Shown in pieces: positions 48,376 through 49,584 of a stretch of DNA of 49,584 nucleotides (position 1 is the stretch's first letter; each line of letters opens with the position of its first letter). Source of the DNA: Bacteroidota bacterium. Lineage in GTDB: Bacteria; Bacteroidota; Bacteroidia; Bacteroidales; CAIXTV01. A model generated the notes under the pieces. That model saw only the letters and a program-made list of their open reading frames with translations. It ran no database searches and was not told where the DNA came from. Both the position numbers and the translations under genes were made by a program. The stretch is taken from positions 1 to 49,584 of the forward strand of contig JBAWXL010000003.1 of assembly GCA_037144095.1 (NCBI GenBank), in the 5' to 3' direction.

Positions 48376-49338
48376 ATGAACGCTAAACTTTTTCTTGTTT
48401 GTATTTGCTTCTTTCTTCTTGGAATCCGCCTTTCTCATTCTCAAAATGAACCATTTTCTCAATTTTATAATTCAAGATTAGCAGTAAATCCGGCATTGAC
48501 GGGTCATTTCATCAATAACTGGAAAATTCAGGATGTTTTTTCTTATCGTGAATATATTAATGGAAAATTTTATTCAGCAAATAATCTTTCACTTGAACTT
48601 AAAATACCTATTGCGAAAAGAAGTTATTTCTATGGAGTGGTTGAAGAAGATTATACCAATTTAGAAATTGGAATTGGTTTAACAGATGATCGTCATACTA
48701 TTCGTCATGATTCAACTAATTTTTCGAGTGATTATCTCTCGTTAAGTGTCAAAAAAAAGTTATTTAAAAAAGCTCAAATTTCGGCAGGCATTCAAGCCGG
48801 GGTTATGAATTATCTGTCGAAAAGTGTATTCGATTTAAATGGAGGATTGCTTTTTGGCACACAGAGAATTGATTGCGAATATAGTCATCAGATTTTCAAA
48901 TATGAATTAGGCGCTTCGTATTATCATTCATCGCAACCTTTCCGTGCGAGTGCTGACACCTTACTTTTCCCTTCTGCAAATATTCAACTTCATGGAGGAG
49001 CTTTTTATAAAATTTCAAAGAAATTGAATATTGAACCGATGTTTCATTATGTGTATAACTCGCTAAATTATATTAATGCCGGTTTATATTTAATCTCGCG
49101 ATCAAAACACCCCGGCTATGATGGACTTCGATTTGGAATGTTTTACCGCTCAACAAATCATTTGGATTTTGCAGCCGGAATTCGGTTTTTCGGCAAAAAT
49201 CAACAATCACTTTCTGCCGATCTAACTCTCAGCTACGACCTGAATCTTAATGGTTTTTATAAAAATGGAATAGAAGTTTCATTAGCTGTTTATCCTTTAA
49301 GAAAGTGCTGGAAAGATCAACAATGTATACCTAAATAA
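48376..49338 (+). CDS. PorP/SprF-family T9SS membrane protein (divergent)
   Basis: QNEPFSQFYNSRLAVNPALTG and a C-terminal SYD..GIEVS. Confidence 0.75.
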   Translation: MNAKLFLVCICFFLLGIRLSHSQNEPFSQFYNSRLAVNPALTGHFINNWKIQDVFSYREYINGKFYSANNLSLELKIPIAKRSYFYGVVEEDYTNLEIGIGLTDDRHTIRHDSTNFSSDYLSLSVKKKLFKKAQISAGIQAGVMNYLSKSVFDLNGGLLFGTQRIDCEYSHQIFKYELGASYYHSSQPFRASADTLLFPSANIQLHGGAFYKISKKLNIEPMFHYVYNSLNYINAGLYLISRSKHPGYDGLRFGMFYRSTNHLDFAAGIRFFGKNQQSLSADLTLSYDLNLNGFYKNGIEVSLAVYPLRKCWKDQQCIPK

Positions 49339-49359
49339 TAGATTTAGTTTGTTTTAAAT

Positions 49360-49388
49360 AAAAAAAAGAGGCTAATAATAGCCTCTTT
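49360..49388. terminator. Hairpin terminator
   Basis: aaagaggcta/tagcctcttt. Confidence 0.6.
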
Positions 49389-49584
49389 AGTAATCCGTAG
49401 GGGACTTTATAAATTGCAGCAATAGCAAGGCATTCAGAATGTTTGGTAATACAATGGTAAAACATTTATATTTTGAAAATATGGTCTTATTAAATTGATA
49501 TTAAAGCACTAATAAAATAATCCAAAATAGTGTCTAGGCCTGAAATACGTTGACCATTTTTGAGGTATAAAAACAACACAAAAA

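Overview
AT-rich Bacteroidota (Bacteroidales-like) chromosomal window, judged from TAnnTTTG -7 promoters, T9SS C-terminal domains and a PorP/SprF gene. Two multiheme cytochrome c clusters dominate, with about 45 heme motifs in total. Cluster 1 (4.3-15 kb) has a CcsBA heme synthase, a c554-like tetraheme, an octaheme, a 7-heme ImcH-like quinol dehydrogenase, a T9SS-secreted DUF2271 protein, and divergent NrfJ-like/TPR/PepSY-TM genes. Cluster 2 (39-48 kb) has a Crp/Fnr regulator, a hexaheme lipoprotein, a monoheme lipoprotein, a DUF5777-like beta-barrel, a 19-heme CbcL-like b/c cytochrome and a two-component system. Both clusters carry phased FNR-type boxes, and together they look like a candidate extracellular electron transfer chain. 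Between them lie housekeeping genes (dnaK, panB, a pseudouridine synthase, hydEF, moaC, MOSC-MogA, GH29), a Septu/PtuAB-like ATPase-HNH pair and a toxin-antitoxin island. Intergenic DNA is highly structured. There are four arrays with 21/41/42-bp periods, two of them upstream of signal-less orphan genes of similar architecture, plus a motif shared by two arrays, REP-like families, and several short duplications that bracket inserted genes.
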